Shown here: positions 25,823 through 37,784 of the stretch, piece by piece | Layout of the letters: every line of letters begins with the position of its first letter | How positions within the stretch are numbered: the first letter of the stretch is position 1 | Origin: Leucoraja ocellata | Taxonomy: Eukaryota | NCBI GenBank assembly: GCA_036785375.1 | Contig: JAWMAR010000462.1 | Coordinates: forward strand, 558,001 to 622,000 | Direction: 5' to 3' | DNA: 64,000 nt | Program-made: the position numbers and the translations under genes | The notes under the pieces: generated by a model | Told to the model about the DNA's origin: nothing | The model's input: only the letters and a program-made list of their open reading frames with translations | Databases searched by the model: none

Positions 25823-27740
25823 TAAATCACAACTTACAGTGAGGCCTAATAATCTGGAAAAATGAGATGGTGGCAGTTAAGAAAAATGTAAATTGCCATC
25901 TGGAGTCAAATTAACTGGGCAGCCAAGAAAAAACACTCAAGATAGCACATAAGTAGAAGCGAAGCCAGCCAAAAACAAAAAACTGACTTGAGCCAGGACT
26001 TGATTGTGACAGAGGTTTCATCACTGTTGTATACAAAAGACTCAATGCTTAAAGTATCATAAATTGCAACGGTATACAAGCCTTTTAATTGGAAAAAAGT
26101 GAGTGCCAATGACTTCAACTATGCACTCATCACGCATGTTCATAGTTGGTAGGTGCATTTGTGAAAGAAATCAAGAATTTGATAACAGGAAGTTCCTAAT
26201 AAACCTTGGTTAAAATATGATGTTCTCAAATTATTAAAACAGTGTACCAGTTGTTAAGATTAAACCCACACATGGTCACCACATATGGTTCCAACTTTGC
26301 TATTTTTTAAAGGAATCCCTATAACGGATGTCAGAATATCCTTTTAGGAACTATGATTAAAATCTGGTAAAGCTAAACACTTGTATAATGTGGATTCAAT
26401 GACAAGCAGCAGGTTTTCTCCCATCAGTACAATAATGACAACTAGGACTCATCCAAAGATACGACAGGAGCCTCCATCATTTGTCTGTATCAGTCAAGGT
26501 GGTCCAAAGGTCAAATCGTTTAGGTTTAAATCATGTTAAATAGCAATACAAGGGAATATGGGAGCAATATGATGTGGATCATACGCATCACAAATTTGTC
26601 TGGACACCTGAAGATGAGCAATAAATGTATTTTACCAGCAAGTCCTAAGAATATACAGCAGGTTATGAGATTATGAGAGCCTTGAATCGTTTTTTTCCTC
26701 CAAGGTGTAAATGTCAAATAATAGATGGCATATTTTTATACTGAAAGCAGGAAAGTGTAAAGGATATGTGCAGGACAAATGTTTTACGCAGAGAGTGTTA
26801 GGTACCTTGAATGCACTGCGTATTGGACGCAGATACGATAGTGGCAGTTAAGATGGTTTTTCAGATGGACACATAAATATGCAAGGAATGGAGGAGTATG
26901 AATCATATGCAGGCAAATGAGATTAGTTTAATTTGCCATCGCTTTCACCACAGGAGGAGGACCTGTTGCTGCGCTGTACTGTTCTATGTTCTATGTCAGG
27001 CGTCATCTGTAGAGTGCAACAGAGTTAACATCTCAGGTTGATGACATTACATTAAATGTGAGATTCTGATTAAAGTCCTTGATGTGAAATGTTAATTCTG
27101 TTTCGTCATCTACAGATTCCACTTCGCCTGCTGAGTATTTCTATCATTTGTTTTCATTCCATATTTCAAACGTTAATAGACATATACAAAATATCGACCT
27201 GCCATATGGATCAAAAATAGGAAAATATCAAGATAGTCGAGCCTCTAGGATGGTCCTGGAGTGCTCAGGATTGAATATTAATCTCCAAGATACTACTGGG
27301 AATAACTCAATAGAAAAAATAATACAAGCATTAAAAATATCATGAGACATTTTGTCTATAAGTTGTAAAAATGTTGAAGTTGGGAACAAAAAGTCTGAAA
27401 AATTATTCAGTTGAATAATGAAAAGTTTTTCATGGTAACAATGATTTGAGGATAGGTATGCTAAGAAAATGAACCCGTGGGCAGCTAACAACAGAAGCAG
27501 GTAGAGTGACAAAGGCAATCAGGCAAATGTCATGTGATGACATTTCTTAGTGATATTTCCAGCCAAAGTCCCATCTTTGAAAGTGCAAGTACAGTGATAG
27601 TTTGTGCAAAAAACAATTGGTTTGATAGTATTTCCAAGGTCATGGTTTGGTAGAACATAGGACAGTAATTATTTGGATGAATATTGTACAGTATTGAACA
27701 AACAACAAGGTTAACTGTATAGGATTTAGAACTCTAACCC

Positions 27741-27877
27741 TTCTTCTTGCGTATGGCGTGCACAGCCTAAAGTTGTAGGACAACTTGTTCTATTTGATCT
27801 TATTTGATTGTGCAAGCCGGGTTGATTGCATTCGTCGAAACAGGGCGGACCACGTGAAGGTTGCAATCTTCCACCCC
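27741..27877 (-). mobile_element. Short non-autonomous retroposon with HDV-like ribozyme head, copy 1 (137 bp)
   Basis: 11-bp target-site duplication aactctaaccc (27730-27740 and 27878-27888). 3' end ...ccatacgcaagaagaa. A near-identical second copy lies 8540 bp away. Confidence 0.9.
27824..27877 (-). ncRNA. Minimal HDV-like self-cleaving ribozyme (54 nt), intact-looking
   Basis: GGGGUGG(P1)-AA-GAUUGCA(P2)-ACC(P3)-UUCACGU(L3)-GGU(P3')-CCGCCCU(P1', G1-U wobble)-G-UUUCGA(vestigial P4)-CGAA(J4/2 with candidate catalytic C)-UGCAAUC(P2'). All pairings were checked by hand and the order matches the HDV nested double pseudoknot. Confidence 0.85.
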
Positions 27878-28843
27878 AACTCTAACCCACGTCCTCTCCA
27901 ATGTACCCTCTTCAGCCCAGTGGAAATGAGTACCTCTCCTGGAATGTTGGTCATGCATAACATGCCACATTTCTGAACAAGAAGCACAGTGAATTTGCAT
28001 ATCAGTCGCTATTGACTGACGAACTTTTCATGTTGAAAATCAAATTGTCAGATGGTGCAATTACTAATAATTCTCAATACTATCCATGCAGGGGAGGTAT
28101 CAAGCCCATTCTGATACTTTGCCAAATGATATTATAGAGATGTAAAGTGACAAGATGAAAGGATTTTTCTTCTTTAAGAAGTGCTTATCTCTTCATAGAA
28201 ATTCAAAACAAATCTTACTGCTGACAATTACACCCTTGAAATAAAAACCAGAAACCAGGGTAACACTCTGGAATTAGACTTTTTCAACGGAACATATCAA
28301 TGTTTCCAGTATGGAATTTTAATTCAGAAATGCTTGATAAAACAGATGTTAAAGAAATCAGTTCAAGTTAATGTCAATGACCAAACATGTTCTGTGCTTT
28401 ATAAATGAAATGCAAGGCACTTAAAACACAGCATTCTCCTTTCTATTAAACACTCAGCTAATTTTGGTCAGGCCATAATACAGATATCTATACCACATCA
28501 TAACTTGAATTAGAAGAAATGCTAGATAACAGAAGCCTTGACATGGAAATCCGTCTTTATGCATGTATGTTCTATTACTAAAGTGCAAACATGGTAGCAT
28601 CCCCGGGAATGGGAGAGAGAAGGAAATTATGCCAAACATAGGATTGTGCTTGGGATTGGGGTAATATCCTTATCAGTTTATGCTGGTAAAATGCATTTCC
28701 TTGGTATCAACTTGCTATTTTATTTTCTTCCACTGGGAATCCACTTCATTGTTTATGTCAAATTTCCTATTCTACTTTCCTTCTTCGGTTACTTTCACAC
28801 TTTCCATTTCCTTAAAATGTTTAATGCATGCCATTGTTCACCA

Positions 28844-29330
28844 GAAGGTTCACCAGACTGATTCCTGGGATGTCAGGACTGTCTTATGAAGAAAGACTGG
28901 ATAGACTTGGTTTATACTCTCTAGAATTTAGGAGATTGAGAGGGGATCTTATAGAAACTTACAAAATTCTTAAGGGGTTGGACAGGCTAGATGCAGGAAG
29001 ATTGCTCCCGATGTTGGGGAAGTCCAGGGCAAGGGGTCACAGCTTAAGGATAAGGGGGAAATCCTTTAAAACCGAGATGAGAAGAACTTTTTTCACACAG
29101 AGAGTGGTGAGTCTCTGGAACTCTCTGCCGCAGAGCGTAGTCGAGGCCAGTTCATTGGCTATATTTAAGAGGGAGTTAGATGTGGCCCTTGTGGCTAAGG
29201 GTATCAGAGGGTATGGAGAGAAGGCAGGTACGGGATACTGAGTTGGATGATCAGCCATGATTATATTGAATGGCGGTGCAGGCTCGAAGGGCCGAATGGC
29301 CTACTCCTGCACCTAATTTCTATGTTTCTA
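28844..29330 (+). mobile_element. Young CR1 LINE 3' end
   Basis: Uninterrupted RRFTRLIPGMSGLSYEERLDRLGLYSLEFRRLRGDLIETYKIL...FFTQRVVSLWNSLP, then 3' UTR ggccgaatggcctactcctgcacc and a ttctatgtttcta tail. Confidence 0.93.
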
Positions 29331-30749
29331 CGTTCTCCATTATGCGTGTACTCCCTTTTGTCAATTTGCCACCTCTGCTTCTTGAGCATTCTTTACCATT
29401 TTTTGATGTGTTCATAATGGCTTTGCCCCCTCCCACCTTTACCACCGGTTTCAAAAAATATATTGTTCATACATAATACCATGCATTTCGAAGAACTGCA
29501 GTTCTGCAATGGAAATATTAACTTATTTCCTCTCAACCAGTGCTGCCTGACTTAAAGACAGTTCATAATTTTCAGATTTTGCTTCAGATTTCCAGCAGCT
29601 GCAATATTTAACTATTGGCAGTAGAAATAAGATATTGTACCTAACACTACTTTACAAAAGTCCATCTGTTTTCCATACTATAGTTTTGACTACACGATTC
29701 TCCTGAAAGATGACATATATTAATTATTTTTCTAAAACAATGCATCAATGACAACAAACCAAACATTTGTCTTTTACCACTCTACACTTCCTCTCCTGTA
29801 ATCAATTTAATTTTAAATAATACTCGAATACTAACTTATCAATTTTTTTGATTACTCATTTTACCTATTCAACAATGTCATGTCTTCAACATTAAATATT
29901 CCAAATTTTCAAGTATTTCCTTACAATTCAGTTGTCTACTACTAATACTCCAGCTTATACTCTGTTCCACTTCCAGCTTTAAATCGTTCTGTTATTTAAA
30001 AAACTTGAGCGCACTATTCATAACTAAGGGCTGATTAGGATTTCGATCATTTCAGTATTATCATTTCAGATGTATGCATCGCCAAACTCCAACATGAATA
30101 ATCAAAAACATAATAATAATATTGGCACATATCCTGAGAGGCTGTAATTCAAAAATGGTGATATGTCATCTAAGTCAAAGCTCATTTGAAGATTCAGTTA
30201 TGGGCAGCGAATCAGAAAAATATGTTGGCTTTGCAAGAATATATATTCATCAAAATTATACTTTTACTTCAAAGGTTCAATTTGTATTCACAAATTGAAA
30301 AAATTATAGTCTCTGAATTGAGGAAATGAAAGGGATATTTAACTGATGTATAAAAATGATTAAAAAAAGGAGAAAGTGTATACAACAGAAGAAATTTGGA
30401 ACGTTCACCAAAGTGTTGTGGATGTTCGGTCAACTGAAATTGTCGAGAACAAGAAATTGTTGGCTCGAGGTGACAGAATATGGAACAGAGATTGGCTAAT
30501 GGAGTTGAGGCACAAATCAGATCAGTCACGATCTAATCAAATGATGAATCAGACATGAAGTTCAGATTGACCTGGTCTTGTTGTTAGGTTTCTATAATTT
30601 TCTGATATCTATCAAGATAGGTGAAGTCTTTTGGCATTCATGCAAACGTAAAAAAACTGAACTCACTAGACTTCTAGACTGTACAATGATATCAATAATT
30701 TAATCTGTCTTTCTAGTTATGCTGCCTAATTGTACATTACATTTTGTTC

Positions 30750-31240
30750 TATAGAGTCATAGAGTGAACAATAAGGAAATAGGTTCTTCAGCCCAACTTG
30801 TCCACAGCAAACATGATGCCCATCTACGATAGTCCCATTGATCTGGATTTGACCAATATCCCTCAAGCCTTTCCGATCTAAGTACCTGTCCAAATGTCCC
30901 TTATATGTTGTTGTTGTACCCGATTTAACAACTTCCTCTGGCAGCATTTTCCATTTACGTACCATCCTCCGTGTGAAGAAATTGCCCCTCAGCTTCCTAT
31001 CAAATCTCTCCCCTGAACTCAAAGATATGCCCTCTTTTTTTTATCCCCCCCCCCGAGAAAAAGACTGTGCATTTACCCTATCTATGCCCTTCATGATTTT
31101 ATATGTCTATAAGATCACCCCTCAGTCTTCCATAGTCCAAGGAAAAAATGCATAGCCTGCCCAATCACCTTCCCTACAACTTTGTCCGTCCAGCCCTGTC
31201 AACATCTACCTAAATCGTTTCTGCTGTCTTCTCAGCTTAA
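30750..31240 (-). mobile_element. CR1 LINE 3' end
   Basis: GERFDRKLRGNFFTRRMVRKWKMLPEEVV...LDRYLD. Confidence 0.82.
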
Positions 31241-31310
31241 TGGTATGTTTTGTCATTTATATCTAGTGTGTATGTATTTCGTGTACTAAATATGTATTAA
31301 GTGTACATAT

Positions 31311-31359
31311 ACACTAAATGAACCTGCAATAATCTATTTTTTGCAGGTTCATTTAGTGT
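31311..31359. repeat. Perfect 19-bp inverted repeat with 11-nt spacer
   Basis: acactaaatgaacctgcaa-taatctatttt-ttgcaggttcatttagtgt. Confidence 0.9.
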
Positions 31360-34022
31360 CCTGCATTATATATTGTGGTTTCTTCCCCACTCTCCCAAGA
31401 AGGGTCCTGACCCCAAAAAGTCTCCTATCCATTTATTCCATAGATACTGCCTGACCTGCTGAGTTACTCCTGCACTTTGTGTCTATCTTTGGTATAAACC
31501 AGCACTATTATATTAGATATTTATTGTGTGCTTCTTTTTTAAGTCTAAGTAGCAATTGCCCAACGGCTCAACTTGGATTGTTTTCTGCGAAGATTTGGAG
31601 GCTGAGGGGAGACCTGATAGCAGTATATAAAATTATGAGGCATGTTTGGTCAAAATCTTTTTGCCATAGAGGAAACGTCAATGACTGGTGGGCATAAGCC
31701 GAGCGGGATAACTTTTAAAGTAGATTTGCAGGGCAATTTTTTTTTTTGCCTGGAATGAGCTGGTGGTGGAGGCAGATACGATAATAATATTTCATGGAGA
31801 CTCATGGATAGGCAGGGAATGGATGGTTATGGATCATGTGTAGGCAGAGGAGGTTAGTTTAATAGCCTCACATTTGGCATTGAGGGCCAAAGAGCCTATT
31901 CCTGTGTTGTATTGTTCTATGCTCAATGAAAAGAGTTTTCATTGGATAATAACAATATGAGGTGTGGGGCATAAGGGACTAAATGTCAGTCTCTGTGCTG
32001 TTAATACACTGAAGTGAATCAAATAGTAAAAATGTGATATTTAGGATAATAGGTCAGTTTATCTCCCTTTTCAGGGGTCAACCATGCACTTGATATTCAT
32101 CTGTACCTCACTAAAAATAAATATGCTCAAGAAAGATAATGATTGATTTTATTAGAATGATAGCAAGGTTAAAGGGTAAAATTCTGAGCACGAAACACTT
32201 AAACTCCTTGTGTTGCCTAAGGTTTAGAGGATAGAGGGATGAACCTATTGAACTATATAAAATATAAATTAAAATAATACAGTAAGCCTGTGGAACCTTC
32301 CTATATGTGCATGTGTGCCCATGTGTGTGTGGTGGGGGGAGATAGGGAGTATAGAGTAGGGGAAATTTAGATTAAAGGCACAACCGAAACCCAACAAAAA
32401 TAGCATTTTGGAGAAATTGTACATTTTGCAAATTCTGGCCCCACTGAAATGGGTCAGATTGCCCGACGTGCTCCCACTTCCTGAATTTTGGGCCTCCATC
32501 TCAACTGCTTGCTGAATGTTGGACTTCCCTCTCAACCACAATCTGCCAACCCAATTTCAGATCTCATACTTGTCTTTTTCCTGTAAACCAAACAAATCAC
32601 ATCCCTACATGGGACAAGTGAACTGCAGTGTACCAATAGATCTGTATTGAGAAACTAATGATGGTTAGTAAGATAATACTTCATGGATATGATTTAACAA
32701 CAAAATTACAACTGCTAAGCTATATAAAGGATATTGCAAACGTGCTTCCAAGTCTATGCTGTCAGTTGGTCTCATCTTGGACATTTAATTAGACCTTAAC
32801 AGATATTTCTCAACTCCAATTGCCTATTGTGTTTCACACTCCCAGAAATCAATGTTTTCTGACCTTTGCTAATTACAAATAACAAGAGTAAATGTTTTTC
32901 TGCAATATTTATGCTGCTGTTATTTATCCTGCAACTGAGATCCCAGGGGGTATCTCATTGCAACCTATAGCATAATGAAAGGCCTACATAGAGTGGATAT
33001 GGAGAGTTGTTTCTAGTAGTGGGAGAGTCTAGAACCAGAGGGCACTACCTCAGAACAAAAGGATATACCTTTAGAATTAAGATGAGGAGGAATTTATTTT
33101 GCCAGAGGATGAAGAATCTGTAGAATTAATTGCCACAGATGACAGTGGAGGCCAAAGCAGATATTGATAGAATCTTGATTAGTAAAGGTGTCAAAGGTTA
33201 CAGAGAGAAAGCAGGAGAATAGGGATTAGATGGAAAAATAGATCAGCCATGATTGAATGGCAGAGCAGACTCAATGGGCCGAATGGCCTACGTCTGGTCC
33301 TATGTCTTACACAATATCTTAGAGATAATCTTAAAATTAGAGACGAGTCATTTAGGAGAGAAATCAGCAAGCATTTTTTTCACACAAGAGGAGTGGACAT
33401 CTGGAACCCTCCCAAAAGGCTAAGGATGTGTGGACACAAAATGTTCAAGACTTTTGGAAATATAATTTTTACTTGACAAGGGATAAACAATTATGTAGCC
33501 AAGTCAGGACGCAGTTCTGAAAATTCTGTAATCCAGAGCTAAAAAAGATCGCTGGGGCAATCTCAGCAGATCAGGTAGCAGCTGCGGAGGCAAAGGGATG
33601 GAACAAGGGTCAAGAGACTGCACCTGGACTGGGTCTTGACTCGAAACAACAACTGTCCCTCTTTTTCCACAGATTCTGCGTGACACATTACGTTCCTTTA
33701 AAGGATGCTTTCTTTCTCGGATTAGCTGGTTATTTGGTAATGAAATGTACACAGTGTATATAGACATGTGCACAGTTAATTAAGGAAATTCCTATAGATA
33801 AACTTGCATTCATTAAAAGCAATGGGTATTCAAAAAAAAGATACACAAAATACTGGAGTAATTCACTGGGTCAGGCAGCGTCTCTGGAGAAACTGGATTG
33901 GTGACATTTTGGGTTGGGACCTTTCTTCAGTCTGAAGAAGGGTTCCGATCCAAAACGTACCTAACCATTTTCTCCAGAGATGCTGCCTTGACCCGCTGAG
34001 TTAGTCCAATTTTTTGTGTATA

Positions 34023-34255
34023 CAGTGCCCTCCAAAATGTTTGGGACAAAGACCCTTTATTTAATTACTTGTCTCTATACTCCACAATTTGAGATTTGTA
34101 ATAGAAATAAAAAAACACATGTGGTTAAAGTGCACATTGTCAGATTTTAATAAAGGCCATTTTTATACATTTTGGTTTCACCATGTAGAATTGTGGAGTA
34201 CAGAGGCGAATAAATAAATAATGGGTCTTTGTCCCAAACATTATGGAGGGCATTG
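34023..34255. mobile_element. Tc1/mariner-type MITE (233 bp)
   Basis: TA|cagtgccctccaaaatgtttgggacaaagacc ... ggtctttgtcccaaacattatggagggcattg|TA. ~65-bp imperfect TIRs and a TA TSD. It splits a Penelope-type repeat. Confidence 0.88.
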
Positions 34256-34339
34256 TATCTTTGCTATAAACCAGCATCTGCAGTTCTTTTCTATTACTCA
34301 TTAAACAGAAGGAGAATGCCACAATAGGCTGGTGATCAT

Positions 34340-36250
34340 GTCAAGAGTATTTAATTGTCATATGTACCAGCAACGGAACAATTAAATTATTTCTTGCTGC
34401 AACTTTACAGACCCATTAATGCAGTCGCACACAATTAGTAAAATGGTAAATTAATAATCAGTCAAATTAACGAGAAAATAATAATGCTAAACCGAAATAT
34501 ATAGTGCACCCAAAACAAAGTCCATAGTAGATCATTATTGCTGAGGTAAAGTTGTGGTTAGTGTCGTGTAGTGCTCAAGAGGTTGATGGCTGGTGGGATG
34601 AACATCACAGTTTTCTGCCTTCTGTACCTCTTGTCGATTAAAATAACGAGATGACAGCGTGGTCTTGGTGGTCTAGGTCTTTGATGATGTTAACTGGTTT
34701 TTTTGAGGCGGTGCCTCCTGTAGGTGGCTTAGATGGTGGGGAGGCCAGTACTTGTGGTAGACCAGGCAATGTCTACCACTTTCTGCAGCTCCCTTCATTT
34801 CTGGCTATTCAAGTTACCAAACCAGGCTATGATGCAACTAGTCAATATGCTCTCTACCATATACCTGTTGAAGTTTGATAATTTGCCGACATCCTAAATC
34901 TCCTCACACTTCTAAGGAAGTAGCGGCATTGAAGGGCTTTCAGTGTGCTAGCCCATGACAGATCTCTTCACTGCCATTGATGTAGACAGACTTTCCTTTA
35001 CTGAAACCAACAATCAGCTCCTTGGTCTTGGTGACAGTGAGAGCAAAATTGTTGATCTGTTTCCATAGAATCAGATAATCAATCTCCCTCCTGTACTCTG
35101 ATTTCTTGTTACCTGTTATTCATCCTGCAAATGGTGAACAAGCGACACTTGTAAAGATGGGGCTGGGATCGTGTTGAGTCTACACATTAATGGGTTTAGA
35201 GAGAGCAGAGCATTATCATAAAGTGCTCCTTTGTTGATGGTCATCTAGGAGGAAGTGTTAGAAACAAAGAACTACAGATGTAGGTTTATACAAAGATAGA
35301 CACAAAGTGCTGGAGTAACTCAGGCAGCATCTCTGGAGAAAAAGGATGGGTGACGTTTCAGGTCAGGACCCTTCTGCAGAAGTTTCGACCCAGTTCCCCA
35401 AGTCTGATGTTAAGTTTAATACTTGGTGTTGAATACTGAACTGTGGTCGATGAACAACAGCTTGGCGTGCATGTTCTTTGGGTCCAAGTGCTCCAGAACA
35501 GAGTGGAGAGTGAACAAGATCACATCTCCTGTTGATTGGTTGCGACGGTAGGCAAATTGTGGTGGGTCCAGGACCTCATTAAGGTAGGAGTTGATATGTG
35601 TTATATTCAACCTCTCAAAGCACATCATCACTACTGAGCAAGTGCTATTGGTCAGTAGTCATTGTAGTCAAACAGTTGGGGACTTTATTGGGGCTGGTCG
35701 CGTTTTGAGGGTTTATCTTCATGAAGGATCTTCTGACGCGTCCTTGGTGACTCAGAATACAGTATAGTCGGGGACCATGGGGGCCTGAGAAGGTACATCG
35801 ATGATCACCCTTTCAAAGTGAGCAAAGGACTGAGCTTATCCAGGAGTAATGCAACTCTGTTACTTAAGCTACTACTTGATTTCACTTTTTAGGAAGTAAT
35901 GGCATGCAAGCCATGTGCAGCTGCCGAAAACATCTGATTTTCCAGATTAGACCAAGCGAGTCTCTCTGCTTCCTCTATGGTTTTCTCGAGGTTGTGCCTG
36001 AACTTCATATATGACCCTGTATTGCCAGATTTGAATGTCAGAGATCTCATCCTCGGTAGATTGCGGACTTTCTAGTTCGTCCATGACTTCTGATTAGGGA
36101 AACTTTGGATGGTCTTGGTGGGAACATACTCCTCCACACATTTCCAATTTGAAGTTGGTAACACCTGCAGCATTTTTTCGGTTCCATTGCCAAGTCCTTG
36201 AACATCACCCAGTCTACTGACATTGCTCCAGTGATGTTACTAAATATTAA
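34340..36250 (-). mobile_element. Old, highly decayed Rex1/Babar-like LINE interrupted by younger inserts
   Basis: CFERL...LDPPQFAYRRNQSTGDVI...LFIDHSSVFNT (35416-35631) and a tail-like end near 34340. A Penelope-type insert sits at ~35260-35395. Confidence 0.7.
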
Positions 36251-36279
36251 GTTCCCACATGATGTAAAATTTGTCAAAT

Positions 36280-36417
36280 CTTCTTCTTGCGTATGGCGTG
36301 CACAGCCTAAAGTTGTAGGACAACTTGTTCTATTTGATCTTATTTGATTGTGCATGCCGGGTTGATTGCATTCGTCGAAACAGGGCGGACCACATGAAGG
36401 TTGCAATCTTCCACCCC
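36280..36417 (-). mobile_element. Short non-autonomous retroposon with HDV-like ribozyme head, copy 2
   Basis: Differs from copy 1 at two internal positions. Flanked by tgtcaaat (36272-36279 and 36421-36428), an imperfect ~11-bp TSD. Has the (AAG)n tail. Confidence 0.88.
36364..36417 (-). ncRNA. Minimal HDV-like ribozyme, copy 2, with L3 variant UUCAUGU
   Basis: Same P1, P2, P3 and J4/2 as copy 1, with a single C>U change at the L3 CpG. Confidence 0.75.
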
Positions 36418-37784
36418 AAATGTCAAATGTGACATGGGCACTTATCTATAGAGGTAGAGAAAACCTGGAAGACTGGTGATCTTGGATCATATTAATACAC
36501 TTCCTAGTGTACCTGTAGCTCCAGCAGATTTATACTGACCTGTAGCCTATCATATCTGCCACTGCATGGCAAGGGAACGCTAAGGCAGGTTAACTATGAA
36601 AACAATATTTTCTGTACACGAATCACACAAAAAAAACCCATTTCCATCAACCAAAAAAGGGATTTTAAGAACAATGTGTCTTGCAATACGCTTGGGGAAA
36701 AGCATGAGAAAGCATCTAGAAATTTAAAACACATTCTCCAATTATCTCCCTTAAGTAAATGTATTCACTGTGCTCGATTTGGAGCAACACAATTTAAACA
36801 GGATAATATGTTAAATATCTGCAACTGTAAAAATTGGAAAGGAACACAGATGATATATGTGATATGATCATTATATTGTTATTATTAGTCTGATTCCAGA
36901 TACCCTGAAATATAATTGATGATCAATGGGCAATGTGACAAAAGAACTTTTACTGAGTTAAAGAGGTATGTCCATTCAATGCCATGGTTTGTTGTAAAAA
37001 GGGGTGAGACTATCAACAGAGGTTAAGTATTGCAGTCCAGGAGAAATCACTGCGGGTTTGAGTCAGTCTCCACTGAACAGAAATTTTCACAATGCTAACT
37101 ACAGAACTGGCAGGCTTCCAGTAGTACACTACAGTACAGAGAAACCTCTGTGGATTACAGTTATTAAACAGATATTGTATGCTTCTAAGATTTTCAGTAA
37201 CTGAAGACAAGCCATGAGAGTATTTAAAATAGTCAAGTTATTTTTGTACTTTAATCTAAAAGGTTAAAACAAGTGCATCCTGAAAGCAAGATTAACTATT
37301 CATGATTTTTTACTGTCCCTTATGAAATAAAGAGAAAACAAAATAACATAAAAAGTCTGAATAATATTCATTACCCATAATATTCTGTAACATCAAAAGC
37401 ACAATTTGAAGAAGCTTAGACTGATATTGTATCAATTTCAAGTCAATTAAAGTAATAAAAATGTAGTCCATTTCTTGATTTTTAAACAAGAAATGTTGGT
37501 TATGCAAATTTGGCCCAGAGAGAAAACATGCAGCAATGCTCCACATATGTTTGGGCCTCTTAATATGCATGGTGCATTTATTGTTGTTTGATATGTCCGA
37601 AACTAACAACTGATTCTAATCTGACTGAAATCAGAGAAGAGGGGTTTTAAGGATGTTAATCTCAATTAGAGACACTTTGTGTGAAATGGATTAAAGAAAC
37701 ATGGTTAAAATACTGGATGCAGAGCAAAAAAGTAATACTGAAAATGCTAGAAATACTTGGTGGGACAGGCAGATTTGAGAAAGT

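Noticed and set aside
27741-36417. The two 137-bp copies as LTRs or direct repeats of one 8.7-kb composite element
   Set aside because: Each copy has its own distinct TSD and tail, there are no TG...CA ends, and the intervening DNA is ordinary intron with unrelated repeats.
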